58,284 nt of DNA, filler included, from Circinaria calcarea (GCA_051942165.1; 7 parts of 7 records of this genome joined end to end with filler, not necessarily neighbours in it); one strand, 5' to 3'; shown: positions 1-11,674, counted from the whole stretch's first letter. A program made the numbers and translations. The notes: generated by a model not told the origin, from the letters alone.

Positions 1-2
1 CA

Positions 3-449
3 TCACAGCCCTCCATTCATGACGTCGCAGAATACCTCGCTCTCCTCTCATCACAAGACCTCGAAGACTACGAAGGCACTGCTCCCAACTCAAAGGCCCC
101 GGCTATCGCAGCCAATCCTCAGTCACCGCCGAAGCCTCCAAATTCAAATACTCAATCATCAAACCTATACGCAAAACCCGCCCTTTCAACCACCTTGGAA
201 ATCCCATTCATCTCCACCCAAGACCTTACTTTTACGGAAGAAGACCTAGAAGATCTAGGTCTCATTTTACCAGCTCCACCAGTTGTAACCCCTAAATGCT
301 CAATAACCCCTCTCAAAAAACCACCAAAAGTAAAATCTTTGGTAGACCCTAGTGATTGTGACTCACATCACTGGGAAGGACTTGGCAAGGAGAACGCAAG
401 GGCGCATAAGGAGTCATATTACGATATGCTGGAGGATTGTGAGTGGTGA
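3..449 (+). CDS. 3' end of a hypothetical protein (5' truncated at contig start)
   Basis: Frame 3 is open from base 3 (SQPSIHDVAEYLALLSSQDLEDY...LEIPFISTQDLTFTEEDLEDL...MLEDCEW) to TGA at 447-449. No family recognised. Confidence 0.55.
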   Translation, partial: SQPSIHDVAEYLALLSSQDLEDYEGTAPNSKAPAIAANPQSPPKPPNSNTQSSNLYAKPALSTTLEIPFISTQDLTFTEEDLEDLGLILPAPPVVTPKCSITPLKKPPKVKSLVDPSDCDSHHWEGLGKENARAHKESYYDMLEDCEW

Positions 450-579
450 GTGGAGGAGTGGGAGCGGGAAAGGGAAAGGGGCTGGGAGTGATAGATGGAT
501 AACGGATGTGGCTGCAGTACAGAACAAGGTGGGATAAAAGGGATAGGAGGAACCTTGGTATACTTAGATCTGCCCTCTT

Positions 580-610
580 CAACAAACAAACAAACAAACA
601 AACAAACAAA
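580..610. repeat. (CAAA)n microsatellite
   Basis: About 7.5 perfect CAAA units read directly. Confidence 0.95.
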
Positions 611-1356
611 TATATACAAGTTCTACAGCCACCATTACTACCCATGACACTTGTACTAAATGCACACAAAGGAAGAGGCAAGAAAGCTTAGATACACCGA
701 GGGCGAACATGACGCTAGAAGTGGCCAACGGTTATTTCATATAGTAGCATACTGACCTGCGCGTATCTGACATCCACAACCGGCGTGTTCTGCATTGACA
801 TGCTCTGTACCGCGAGTTTCCTTCTGACTTGTGGTTCATCGAGGGCTTAAGCCGAGGCAGGTAGGCGGGTAGAGGCCGGCGCGTGGCTGCCCATAACTAT
901 ATTAACGGAAACACGATAAACACCTCCGGTTTGTCGTCCTTATTTCCTCTTCCTTGCCTCTGCCCCTTTCTGCACCCCCAAATTGCCCCCTTCTCCAAGA
1001 ATTGAAGAACAAAGTTATCCCTTTTCCTTGTTATTTCGTATGATCTTCATACCCGCTTCCTAAAGTTATCCTACCACCTCCGCAATCCTCTTTCATCCGC
1101 CCATTTGCTGTCAACGGCACCTGACACCAAAGGGGTGAGAGGAAAAACCGAGTCCGGGGGGGGGGATGTATACAATTCTCTTCCAGCTCCTTGCCATTCC
1201 AGCCGATAACATGGTTAGAAAAGAAGCCTATTAACGCCGAAGAATCTGCAGTGTCATCTCACGCAGATACCCGATGCTACTTGGAAGTAATGATTGAGCT
1301 GCAGCAGCCTCACTGCTGCTACGGTCGTGACTTTGTTGCCGTAACCCATTTTAACC

Positions 1357-1676
1357 ATGGTCATTGTACTAGACCTTCTTGCCATCAGCGCCGTGGCGGC
1401 GACCTTGTTGCGAGAGCGATGTGGCTAGGCGATCAAGGCACTTGGGAACTGACGCTTTGGCGTTTCTGCTGTCTCGCATTTTCGCATTTCCGCAGGATGT
1501 TAACCACCGAACATTCTTTTCGCACCACCCATAGTTATGTACTTAGCGTAATCTATCTACCGTATTTGTCTCAAGGTCACTGTCGCACAGACAGTGGAAG
1601 CTATGAGCAAACCCCCGGAGACATCGCCATAGCCTGTATTCCCGAATTGACGCCACCGTTGAGAAGAGGACTTTGA
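1357..1676 (+). pseudogene. Possible decayed remnant of a Pth11-like membrane protein gene
   Basis: Fragments MVIVLDLLAISAVAA and EQTPGDIAIACIPELTPPLRR loosely resemble the first helix and the E...IICACLPTL.PL terminal motif of Pth11-like proteins. They are broken by stops and frame changes; the similarity is weak. Confidence 0.25.
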
Positions 1677-2098
1677 CGTCATGATGGGTGAGGTTCTAAA
1701 GTAGAAAAGCCATATAGTAGCGTGCCAATATCTACGCTCCACAGCGTGGAATGCGATTCCTGCAGGGTAGAGTGTCCCACTAGCCTAGCTCTGTACACAG
1801 GGAACCCGGCAACAGCTTATACACGTATCAAACTGGCTCAACCTAATATCTCTCTATCTAAGGCTTGCCATTCTTCCTTAATATGCTTCTGTCGATATCC
1901 ATACCCATCATTTCCAGTTGCATCTGCATTGCATAATACAAGGCCATGAAGCGATCACTGACTAGACTTTAAAGCGCCCCACCGTCTATCGGGGGCTAGC
2001 AGAACCGCCGGCTTGGATGCAGTCTCATCGGCAAGGGCGACTGGATGATGAAAGCCTTATTAGGCTTCACGTTTGAGGTATATCAAGAATATATTGAC

Positions 2099-2302
2099 GG
2101 TAAACCTCTTGTGTGAAAGGATGACTACACATGGCTTGCGCGGGATCTTACTTACGCTAAGCACCTACGTCCATGTACGCAGGGAGACCAGGAACTAAGA
2201 AGTAGCAACATGATTATGGCCTTGGAATTAAGAGGGTATGATTAGAGGTGGATGAGTTGGCATTGAAGATCACAATAGCTAAGCAGATGAGAGTAGAAGG
2301 TC
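2099..2302. repeat. Diverged direct repeat, copy 1 (~200 bp)
   Basis: Shares collinear blocks GCGCGGG, CTTAC.CTA.GCACCTAC, TGTACGCAG, GAACT.AGAA and CACAATAGCTAAG with 3689-3889. Confidence 0.8.
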
Positions 2303-2707
2303 TAGCCATACAGGTAATTCAGCTTCCGGCTGCCATCCCGCGCGAAACCTTCAACATCCAGGACTGCTCTGGCCAGGCCCTCGATTGTTGTTGTACTACA
2401 CTTCTGCTAGCTGTGTAATACTCCCATACCATCCCATGTTCTCTATTTGGATAAGGCCGTTTGGCCAATGCGATCTAATGGACAATTCAGACTCGACTCC
2501 ACAGACTCTTGCTGGACGTCGTTGGTATCTTATCACTATATTCAAATTAGTACTATTCCCACAATAAATCAGAAGGCTCATTATATCGAGACGGAGGTAT
2601 TAACACCATGTGAATGCTCGGCTTTATGAAGAGGGGTGACGTGTATAGCATTACGAGGGGTGGCTTACTCGATACGACCATACTGGCCATCGAGCGAAAT
2701 TACAATT

Positions 2708-3187
2708 CTAGGAGAGGAATACCTTCAGCCCTTTGGTCTGCATGCTGGCTCCTGTCGGCTTTTGTCCAAATAGTTCGCAGCGAAGGCTGTCTATCTTTGA
2801 TTCAAGTCTTGCTTTGAGTTTATCGGAAGCCACATCCATCTCGTTGAATTTTGCATCCACCCTGTTGAATCTTGTATTCATCTCGTTGAATGTTGCATCC
2901 ACCTTATTGAATCTTGCATCCACCTCGTTAAATCTTGCATTAAATCCTATATCTATCTCGTTGAATCTTGTATCCACCTCGTTGAATCTTGTATCCACCT
3001 CGTTGAATCTTGTATCCACCTCGTTGAATCTTGCATCCACCTTATTGAATCTTGCATTGAATCTTGCGTCCATCCTATTGAATCTTGTATTCATCCATAC
3101 GGGAAGACCGGCAGTGATTACTGTCTGTAAAAGTCCGGTTTCTATGCCTTTAGAAATCGACTTAAAAAGTCGCTGAAATCTTGACAT
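2708..3187 (-). CDS. Small heptad-repeat (RFNEVDA/T) coiled-coil protein, 159 aa
   Basis: ATG-initiated ORF with about 12 heptads of the form RFN[EKR][VM]D[AT], giving a hydrophobic a/d pattern. Intron-like GT..AG segments lie in the 5' leader. Confidence 0.65.
   Translation of the reverse strand: MSRFQRLFKSISKGIETGLLQTVITAGLPVWMNTRFNRMDARFNARFNKVDARFNEVDTRFNEVDTRFNEVDTRFNEIDIGFNARFNEVDARFNKVDATFNEMNTRFNRVDAKFNEMDVASDKLKARLESKIDSLRCELFGQKPTGASMQTKGLKVFLS
2836..3094. repeat. 21-bp coding minisatellite
   Basis: Three perfect TCGTTGAATCTTGTATCCACC units at 2958-3020, flanked by degenerate units. Confidence 0.95.
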
Positions 3188-3688
3188 CCCGATTCGAAGA
3201 GGATGGATAAACTATACACAAGTTATTACTCAAGACCCGTAGAAGGGATATCCATGAAGATACCTTGGTATTGGAATACCTTGCAAAAGACGTTGTTAAT
3301 TCTCCAGTCACCTTCCGGTCAACTCTACCCTAGTTATCGAGAAGAAAGGCTTCAGATCTAGAGACCCAGGCTTACTTTTTGTTTTAGCTGATGAAAGAGA
3401 TGCAGGTGAAGCTTATGGAAGCAACTGGATCATCCTTTGTTCCTGTAACTATCTGCACGATAAAGAGTGTCGGACTTTATTATCAAGCCCACAACACTTC
3501 TCACCTTACTACCTTTGTCCCTACACATGAATAACGAAGCAAGGGTGGCACGGCCCTGCACCTTTGAGCAACGCGATTCCTAATTAGTCTAGAGGAAGCT
3601 ATAAGCCGCGGTATGACGTTTTGTTACAACCAACTCCAGCACCCCTATATTACATGACATAGGGCCACGAAGGCATAACAAGGATGCG

Positions 3689-3889
3689 GGTAACGCCTCC
3701 GGGAGAAGGAAACCGACATAACTCGCGCGGGTCCTTTGCTTACACTAGGCACCTACTTCTCTGTACGCAGAGAGAGACTATGAACTCAGAACTGGCAACG
3801 TGGCTATAGTGTAGGACCTGTGAGTATACAATCAGGAGTACGGTTACGCATTAAAGACACAATAGCTAAGAAGCAGAGAGGAGAAGATC
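3689..3889. repeat. Diverged direct repeat, copy 2 (~200 bp)
   Basis: Collinear similarity to 2099-2302, including the identical 13-mer CACAATAGCTAAG. Confidence 0.8.
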
Positions 3890-4289
3890 ATGTTGTGACT
3901 GCCCGGGCTGTGATTCTGTAGTTAGTAGTGGATTACCATTTCTGCTAGCTCTATACTGCTACCATACGATCCAACACGGCCCCGTCAGTTTCTTTAGAAT
4001 CCCTCCAGACTCTACGATCTTGGCAAATCACCTTATGAGATCACCATCACTGCAATGCTGTCCCTGCAGCAAGTAAACCGGCTCTATCTTCGAATACCTG
4101 TGAGGGAGGAACACTATGCAGCAGGAACGGAATATGCTTGATGCTGGAGACAAGGGAACTAATGGGAAATGGAACGGAGTTGGATTTATAGTCACAACTA
4201 AAGTGTAGGTGAAACGAAGAATACGAGTGTAAAAGGCAAGGCAACGTTGTTTATACCAGCTGATATGGTCTTTGTAGAGGCACACAAGT

Positions 4290-6146
4290 TCAATGATTCC
4301 GACTATGCTGGTCATAGCTTCGCGGAGGCCCATTTATGCTGGGATTCTTCAAGCGTAGCGTTTGGCTCAGGCTGAAGGTAGGAAAGGAAAAGCTTGAGCC
4401 TCCTACATCGATGGACCTGCCCCGGACAGGCGGCGATGTGGTCTGCTTCCTCTCATCTAGGTGGGATGTGGCAGCCCGAGCTGGGAAAGTCAGAGATATG
4501 CTCGACCTCCTTCCCTCGTCCAATCGCGCATACGAATTAGGGGGATAACTTCCTGCATTTCTCTCAACTTCGATCTTAGTCGAAACTCGCGGCTCATATG
4601 GTTCCTCTTCTCTTCTCTTCTCTCTTCTCTTCGACTGCTTTCTTCTATTTGCGAAACCTGAAGGGTGAGTTGTAGGAATACCATGATCATTTAGTATATC
4701 CTTGTCAGCGGTGTCATGTTGGAGAGATGCAGGTCCATGCCATTCATCATCTGAAGAAGATGATGACCCGTTAAATAAGGATGTATTGTCTGCGAGATTT
4801 CTCTCTGGAGACATATACCGCTGGATCGATAACGGTGTGAGGTGATCGAGGTAGTCGCTAAGTTCACCCCTTTTCGGCCTTACCGCTGAGTCTCTAGAAT
4901 CCTCGCCCCTTTTGGTCTGTAAAGTCGAGTTTTCCTTCCTTCCTGGATGCGTCACAACAGCGACCGGTTTCAACAAAATCAAGGGGGACACGCCTCCAAT
5001 TCCCAGTCGGATAAGAGATGGGTGTAGACAGTGCAAGAGAGTTTCGATCTGGGTATCTCTCTTCACCGGTCCCCATGTGTCAGCGTCTTTCAGGTTCCAT
5101 TCATTGAGCAATAGCGGTGCAGATAACTCCTTCGGAAAGTCTTCGACAATTAGCTCATACTGGCGACTAGAAGTCTTCATGTCCTGATGCAGTTTGATAG
5201 CTGGATCTAGAATATCTCGCTGGAATCTTGCTTCAAGTCTAGCGAAGGCAGCGGCCTCGAGTAAGAAGGAAGTTAGATCCTTTTTTACTAGACCTGATAT
5301 TCTGTTCGATTGTTCAGCTCCTCGATTTCCGCTTTCTGGAAGAGCGGCAAGCGCTGTTAATGTCTCAGATCTCCATTTATCTGTGGCTAATCGTTCTATT
5401 AAATCCCAGTTAGCTATGTATTCGATGGAAAGCCACTTGATCGCGCAGATGACGAACCTTTAGCTAGACTTGTACTTCCCTTACCCCTTTCAATATCTGT
5501 GACAACTGCGATCTGTTGAGAGGAGAGACTAATCGGATACTTTTGCTTGAACACATGTTCGTCTAGAGCCCACTGTATTACTACAGACAGGATCAAAAAG
5601 TTGGAACACCCATAGGGCCCTTTGTGGAAGATATCAGTCTCTCTTACAAAAGTCTCTAGGTTCGATTTCCGCTTTGTTTTCCCCCTTTTTCGACGCTGGT
5701 TCCGACACCGGCTATACAAAAGCGCATTGTCGTCGGTATCAGCCATGACTTCAAAAACCCATGTTTCGATCGATTTGTGGATTTGTTCGAAATCGTTTCG
5801 GATAGTTGTATCAGAGACTTGAGTATGTGGCTGCAATGCGAAAAGTGCTGACTTGCACTGCTCTAAATCGGTCTTCAAGAGCTCGCGTTCTTCGGTCCAG
5901 AGAGATTTTTCTTCTCTTAGGTTCCATAGCTTTTCTTTCGCCTCTATCAACTCGATATGCTTTATGTCTGCTCCTTGTGACTGTCTAGGGTCAGACATCA
6001 CCAAGGAGACTCTAAGTTCATCCGGTTCCTTCATATAAGATCAGCACAATATCTCAGTTTTAGACATCCAAGAGGAGGGAGGGGATGACTCCTAGCCATA
6101 CTTTACAAAGCGTCATAAGATCTGAAGGTGCTGCTGTCTCTACCAT
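4290..6146 (-). CDS. Coiled-coil hypothetical protein (3 exons), divergent partner of the Hsp70-like gene
   Basis: ATG at 6146 (MVETAAPSDLMTLCK). Introns 6101-6029 and 5457-5396 (GT..CTRAY..AG) join ORFs 5414-6034 and 4290-5180 in frame. Order of features: coiled coil, QVSDTTIRNDFEQIHKSIETW, KWRSETLTAL, ILDPAIKLHQDM, LHPSLIR...LLKPVAVV, then a low-complexity tail. Confidence 0.8.
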
Positions 6147-7227
6147 ATTCTATGTCAATCGCACCCAACGGTGAGTACCTGGTCTCTTTCAAGTTCGGAT
6201 ACCGTGCGTGCCCTTTTAACTTTAACTACTTAGTTTCCTCGATCCTCACCTATGATACATCGGTAACGGATAGTGGTTTAAGCTTTTTCCACAGCCTCAA
6301 TATCCAAAAGAGTGTGTTATGTGTTTATGGCGAGGACTCTCTAGGTTTCGGCCCTTACAGTTTTAAATTTGAGGCTCTAGCTCCTAGCTTATCATACGTT
6401 GTTACTTACATGAATCCAACAGGGAAAAAAATTCTCAATGTCTTTGCCGGGTGTGGGGTGTGATGGGAAATCCACGCGCATAATGCATTAAGTATCTGTG
6501 TGGTTACACGACTTGCTGATTGCATGGAATTGTCAGGCAAAGCCACCCATCGGCGATCAAGTGTCATATTGGCAGCAGAATAAGGCAATTAATTCGTACT
6601 TAGTCTTCCACTATAAGTGGGGGCGGAATTGAGCGAAAAGCCCAAAGCCGCAACGTGGTAGACGAAATACGAAGTCCTTCGTACGGTTCAAGCAGACGAG
6701 ACAGAATTGGCGGTCCCCTTATTCATTGGAATATCCCTCGGTACCGTTAGAAAGTGCAATCATGGCACAGAATAATTGCTTTGACATCAGTATGAATTGG
6801 TAGTAATCCATATATCCTATAAAGGGGAAGAACAATGTGGGATAACATAATGGTAGTGACACTCATGAGTACCGGACCCTATAGATGGTGCATGCTCTAT
6901 ATGCGAGCCGCATGGGTGCCAAGCCACAGTACTATAGCTTGAATTGAATAACATGGGATTGAATCGTTACAGTTACTGTGGGCCGCCCCACCCAAAGCCT
7001 CGGGGCTATCATGTCTATTGTCCCAAGCAAAGACTTCGAGTTGAAGGCTCTCAAACAGGTGGGTGATACAAGGCTGAAGAACATAAAGGACGGTTTCAGA
7101 GTTCCATTATTTGTAGATCTTGTTCATTCATACATCCAAAGCACTTGAAATCACAAATAGTATTCTGCACACTCTATATATACTGTTACCCCTAAGTTGG
7201 ACGGTTTGACAGCCAGAAGTTTCACAC

Positions 7228-8247
7228 ATGGCTATCAATGAAAGAGTTCTCGACCGGAAGATAAAGATTTTAGTGGCGGTAGATTTTGGTGGGTAGAGGC
7301 TATCCTCACGAGTCTACCATACGGAATCATTTGGTCGACCAAATGCTCAGCCTAACATTAACAGGAACAACATATTCCAGTATTGCTTGGGCACAGACGG
7401 GGAATGTGGGTTCTAAGTATGCTGCAAATTCGTCCGCTGATAGCTGACATCCATTAATCAGGCCGATTCCCAAACGATCATACAGCAGTAGCCTGAGCCG
7501 CACTCCACAGGCCTTGAAGGAAAGAGCGATGATAAAGTTCCGACGTAAGCTAAAACTGATGCTTCCTACCGAGGAGAAAATTCAAAGAAAACTGCCAACG
7601 CTGATGCCGCAGGATATTGAAATATGATGGCGTCGACTACAAATGGGGCTACCAGATCGAAGGATCGGACTTCCGGCACGAATGGTTCAAACTCGGTCTC
7701 GATCCCAGTTCGATGAGAGAATCTAAGCTTGCAGTGAAATATCCGAGCCCTACCCAGCTACCGCCCCGATCCGCCCCTTCTTCTGAGAAGCTGACTACCG
7801 ACTACCTTACTGCGCTTCATCAGCATGCAGAGTATACCTTAGAACAGACGTTTACAAAAGGAGTTCTAAAGAGCACACCAAGGGAATATATAATCACCGT
7901 CCCGGCTGTGTGGTCAGACATGGCGAAAGATCTGACACGTTCTTGTGCAGCCGAAGCCGGCATGGGGTCCCGAAACAGTCTCCATATTATCTCGGAACCG
8001 GAAGCGGCGGCCATGTACGCTCTAAGCGCTATGAATTGCGGACTTGGAGTCGGAGATACTTTCGTGGTGTGCGATGCAGGGGGAGGGTATGCCAATGTTT
8101 TAGTACCCAAATGCGATGTTCTGGACTGACTGATGATGGTTTTTAGGACGGTCGACTTGATCTCCTATACAGTTTCGTCCAAGGACCCTGTTCTTCAACT
8201 CAATGAAGCTGCACCTGGAACTGGTGATCTTTGCGGAAGTACTTTTC
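7228..8247 (+). pseudogene. HSPA12-like Hsp70/actin-fold ATPase gene with an in-frame TAG (7489-7491); 3' truncated by contig end
   Basis: Spliced translation gives ILVAVDFG|TTYSSIAWA, KVPT, HEWFKLGLD, TTDYLTAL, YIITVPAVWSD, IISEPEAAA, FVVCDAGGG|TVDLISY and LCGSTF, all hallmarks of fungal HSPA12-type Hsp70s. TIIQQ*P has a stop where W is expected. Confidence 0.85.
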
Positions 8248-8347
8248 NNNNNNNNNNNNNNNNNNNNNNNNNNNNNNNNNNNNNNNNNNNNTTAATTAAT
8301 TAANNNNNNNNNNNNNNNNNNNNNNNNNNNNNNNNNNNNNNNNNNNN
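8248..8347. other. Artificial contig linker
   Basis: 44 N + TTAATTAATTAA (stops in all six frames) + 44 N. Confidence 0.99.
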
Positions 8348-9194
8348 GATGGCTTGCATATCTTTGTTATATAGCTGGGGCCACGGTGCTTTGTAGCTCA
8401 GACTGTCTAGACCTTATCTACATACTATTAGCTCGAGGCTGTCGCCATGACTACTCACGTATTGAAAAGCTCCATGGCTGATGCAATAGGCGTCCTGGGC
8501 GGCTTGTGCTCCGGCTATGCTGTGCTACTGTCGAGGCATTCTGGTCGCGGCAAGCTAACGGAGCGCAGGCATCAATTGTCAATTGAATGGAGGCTGCATT
8601 GGGATTAAATCGATGCTTTGTTGCTGTGGCTTGCAGCTCCGTTGTTGACGCGACGTCGGATGCGCCCGACTTTTTGTTTTCAGCTGTCAATTCTCGCGTG
8701 TTGCGCGTTGGCACAACCAAGAGTGGCTTGGATCCGTCAATGAACTAGTCCGTACTCCGTAGTGGAAGTTGGCCAACGGCCAGGCATGCGGAATAGCACC
8801 GCCAAATCGGCAGAGATGGGCCCCTGCCCGTCCTTATTCGGAGGACGACTTTGGTGGCTTGGCGGTCCGAAAGCAATCATCGGCCCATGCAGGTCATGCA
8901 GCCACAAAGGGGGGGGGACCTGGCAAATATCCGAAGCGCATCCTCTGGAGTTATGACTACGTTCATTCTTTGCAACTGTGGGGTTCAGTACCCCATAGTG
9001 GCATAGAAGTAGCAGTAGCAGGAGTTAGGATCCGCTCTTGGTTCTCCATTGGCGCTAGACCACAATGGCCTCTAGCAACTACAGATAGTGGCCGTCTTTG
9101 TTTTCCTTCAACCTCATCGTCTTCGGTCTGCTATGTCATTCGCTCCTTAAATGCATCCGCATTTTCTTGTCACGGATACTGTATTGCAAGAGAT

Positions 9195-10552
9195 ATGGGC
9201 GCCAATGCCCGAGGGGAGGCCTCCATCCGAGCAGATGTTGCCCTCAGTGTGTTTGTCACTGTTGCCGTTCTCCTCCGCCTACTCGGTCGATGGCGAAGTA
9301 AGGCATCATATGGCGCTGATGACTGGTTAATGGTAGCAAGTCTAATACCATTCTATGCCATGTGCATCTTGGGAGCTTTCTGTACGCTTGAGAGTTTTCC
9401 TACTCAACGTGTGTTGAAACGTTCATCTGACTTCTGCTACTTCCCATAGTCTGTGCCGTAGGCGGTCTAGGGAAGCCGTTCGCGACACTGACTCCCACTG
9501 AGACCAAGCTTTTCTTTCGAGTATGAATACCCCTTGCCAATTTGGCCTGGCTTGAGCAAATGCTACACCTGCTCCTAAACCCGCAAGCCTTAGGAAACGG
9601 CTAACTTCTAAAACCTAGATCAGTACACCAACTTGGATTACTTATTCCACCGCCCTAACCCTAGTCCGCCTATCCATCCTGCTTTTCTACCGTCGTATTT
9701 TTACCACGGGTCGTTTTCGTCTCGTCACTCTCATCGTGGGCGCTGCATGTCTCACTTGGTATGTGGCACAAGTTCTGGTCTCCATCTTCCAATGCAGACC
9801 CATCGTCGGCTCATGGGATAAGTCAATTTCCAGTCGATGCCTTAATTTTGCATCTTTGTATTATGGGACCGCAGGCTCGAACTTGGCGCTCGACGTAGTA
9901 GTTTTGGCGTTGCCAATGAAGATGATCTGGGGTTTGAAGCTGGCTACGAAGCACAGAGTCGGACTCTGCGGGATATTCCTGCTTGGGAGCTTGTAAGCCT
10001 AACACCCACCCTTATGTGCTCGGGATGTGCTATGCGGTGCTGTCCCAAGAACCCCGACTTACATTTTCTATAGCGCCTGCGTTGCCAGCCTCGGTCGTAT
10101 CGCCACTGCCGGAGATATAGAGAATGAAGATCTCAGCTGTGCGTTCTCCTCTTTCTACCTTCGAAGGTGAACTAAACATCCAGCCAGACACCCTCTTGGT
10201 CCCCTACACCTTCTCCACCCTCGAACCCTTCCTCGCCATCCTCTGCTCCTGCTTCCCTACCTACGGGCCCCTGCTCCCAACCAGGAATTACGCCAAAGTG
10301 CTTCATAAGCGATTTGGGAATCATGGCACCGGAAACGAGAGTAGTGAGGGCGAGGATCATCTTAGACGGAGAGAGAAACATGAGATTGGAAATGAAGGCA
10401 AGGGTACGCATAGTCGTACAGTTAGTGGCCGCACCAGGTCGGATACCTGGCGTACAGAGACTACGGTCGTCGAGGACGGCAACGGCCGAGAGAGCGATGG
10501 GACGAGTCGTGCATGGGATAGGGAGCAACGGGCGATAGGGAGGGCGGTGTAA
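9195..10552 (+). CDS. Pth11-like integral membrane protein (fungal rhodopsin-domain GPCR-like, no CFEM seen), 5 exons
   Basis: Spliced motifs AVLLRLLGRW...YGADDWL, LVRLSILLFYRRIF, IFQCRPI..SWD....C, NLALDVVVLALPM..IW.LKL, RVGLCGIFLLG, CVASLGRI and LEPFLAILCSCFP; four canonical introns. Confidence 0.9.
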
Positions 10553-10678
10553 ATGGTGCCGACTTTTTTAGATTCTGGGAAAGGGGTCCTGTTGGATAGA
10601 CGGCAATGGATTTAGGTAGTTTAGAGAATGTGTTTGTGATAGAATTACCATCTGGTTAGTCTTAGACGAGACTTTACC

Positions 10679-11357
10679 GGGTCTCACTATATGCACACCC
10701 CTAATACATACACACACCCCCCATTACCATAATTGCACCACCCCCCCTCCCCATTAGGCAATAAAATTTTCTTTTCTTTTTGTATATCGAGGGTCCGGGT
10801 CAGTGTTACGTGACCTAGACTATCACTTATTCCGTGGCCAAGAACAGGCAATAAGTCTATGTTACGGGTTCAGGTCAGCGATATATGAAGGTTTTTGGAA
10901 GGCCGAAAACTCCATATCAAGGCGTATATTATTTTTACGCAATAGTAAAGCTCTATAGTCACTACATCTACATGCCAAAACCATGAATTTCGGGCGTGAA
11001 ATAATATGGAATTTTTTATTTAAAGCCTTGAATTTTAGGATTGCGCCCGTACCATAAGACTGAAAACTACGCCTTATAGACTATACACTACACGCGAGCT
11101 GCTTCACGACTGCTATATCGCTGATCTCCAGCGTCCATCACGTACATAGAGGATTCTATTTAAGTTATATCTAAGTTGATAGAACATCTATGAGCGGCGT
11201 AGTTTCTAACATACTTATATCACATACGAGCATGGTGCATTGATACATAATATATTTCGCTAAACTACTAATTTTATTGCCTAATCGGGGGAGCTGTGCA
11301 ATTATGGTAATTGGGGGGTGTTCGTGTATGTACTAGGGGTGTGCATATAGTGGGACC
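10679..11357. mobile_element. Non-autonomous DNA transposon (MITE), Mutator-like
   Basis: ~90-bp imperfect TIRs (10679-10768 and 11270-11357, starting GGTC[TC]CACTATATGCACACCCCTA). The 9-bp duplication AGACTTTAC lies at 10669-10677 and 11358-11366. The interior is AT-rich and non-coding. Confidence 0.9.
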
Positions 11358-11674
11358 AGACTTTACGCTGTTCACTCTCGGCGACAAGTTTTAGTGCGTG
11401 ATTGCCGGATTGGAGTACAGGGGAAACAATTCATAGCTCGGCGCTAGTAGATCAGTGCCTTCTTCAGTTAAATTCCGGAAAGGCTTATCTCGTATGCATG
11501 CCATTTGCACCAATCAGAATAGGAAAGGGATTTAAAATACCTAAAATTTTTGATAGTCTGAGTAAGGATTTTAGCGATTTTAGCGCCGAGCTATGAATTG
11601 CTTCCCCTGTAGACCAGTATCTCTGGACGCTAAATATCCGCTACCATATCTATCATTACCGGGATCACACATGG

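Noticed and set aside
2958..3041. Regular repeats resembling a CRISPR array
   Set aside because: The units are directly adjacent with no unique spacers, lie inside a reading frame, and the context is eukaryotic.
2733..3176. Antisense ORF (LNLASTS repeats) overlapping the heptad gene
   Set aside because: It is the expected mirror of a 21-nt repeat that has no stop in that frame, and it starts at TTG. The minus-strand product has the ATG and the coherent coiled-coil pattern.
8292..8303. TTAATTAATTAA palindrome recurring about every 8.3 kb
   Set aside because: Synthetic linker inside N runs, not biological.
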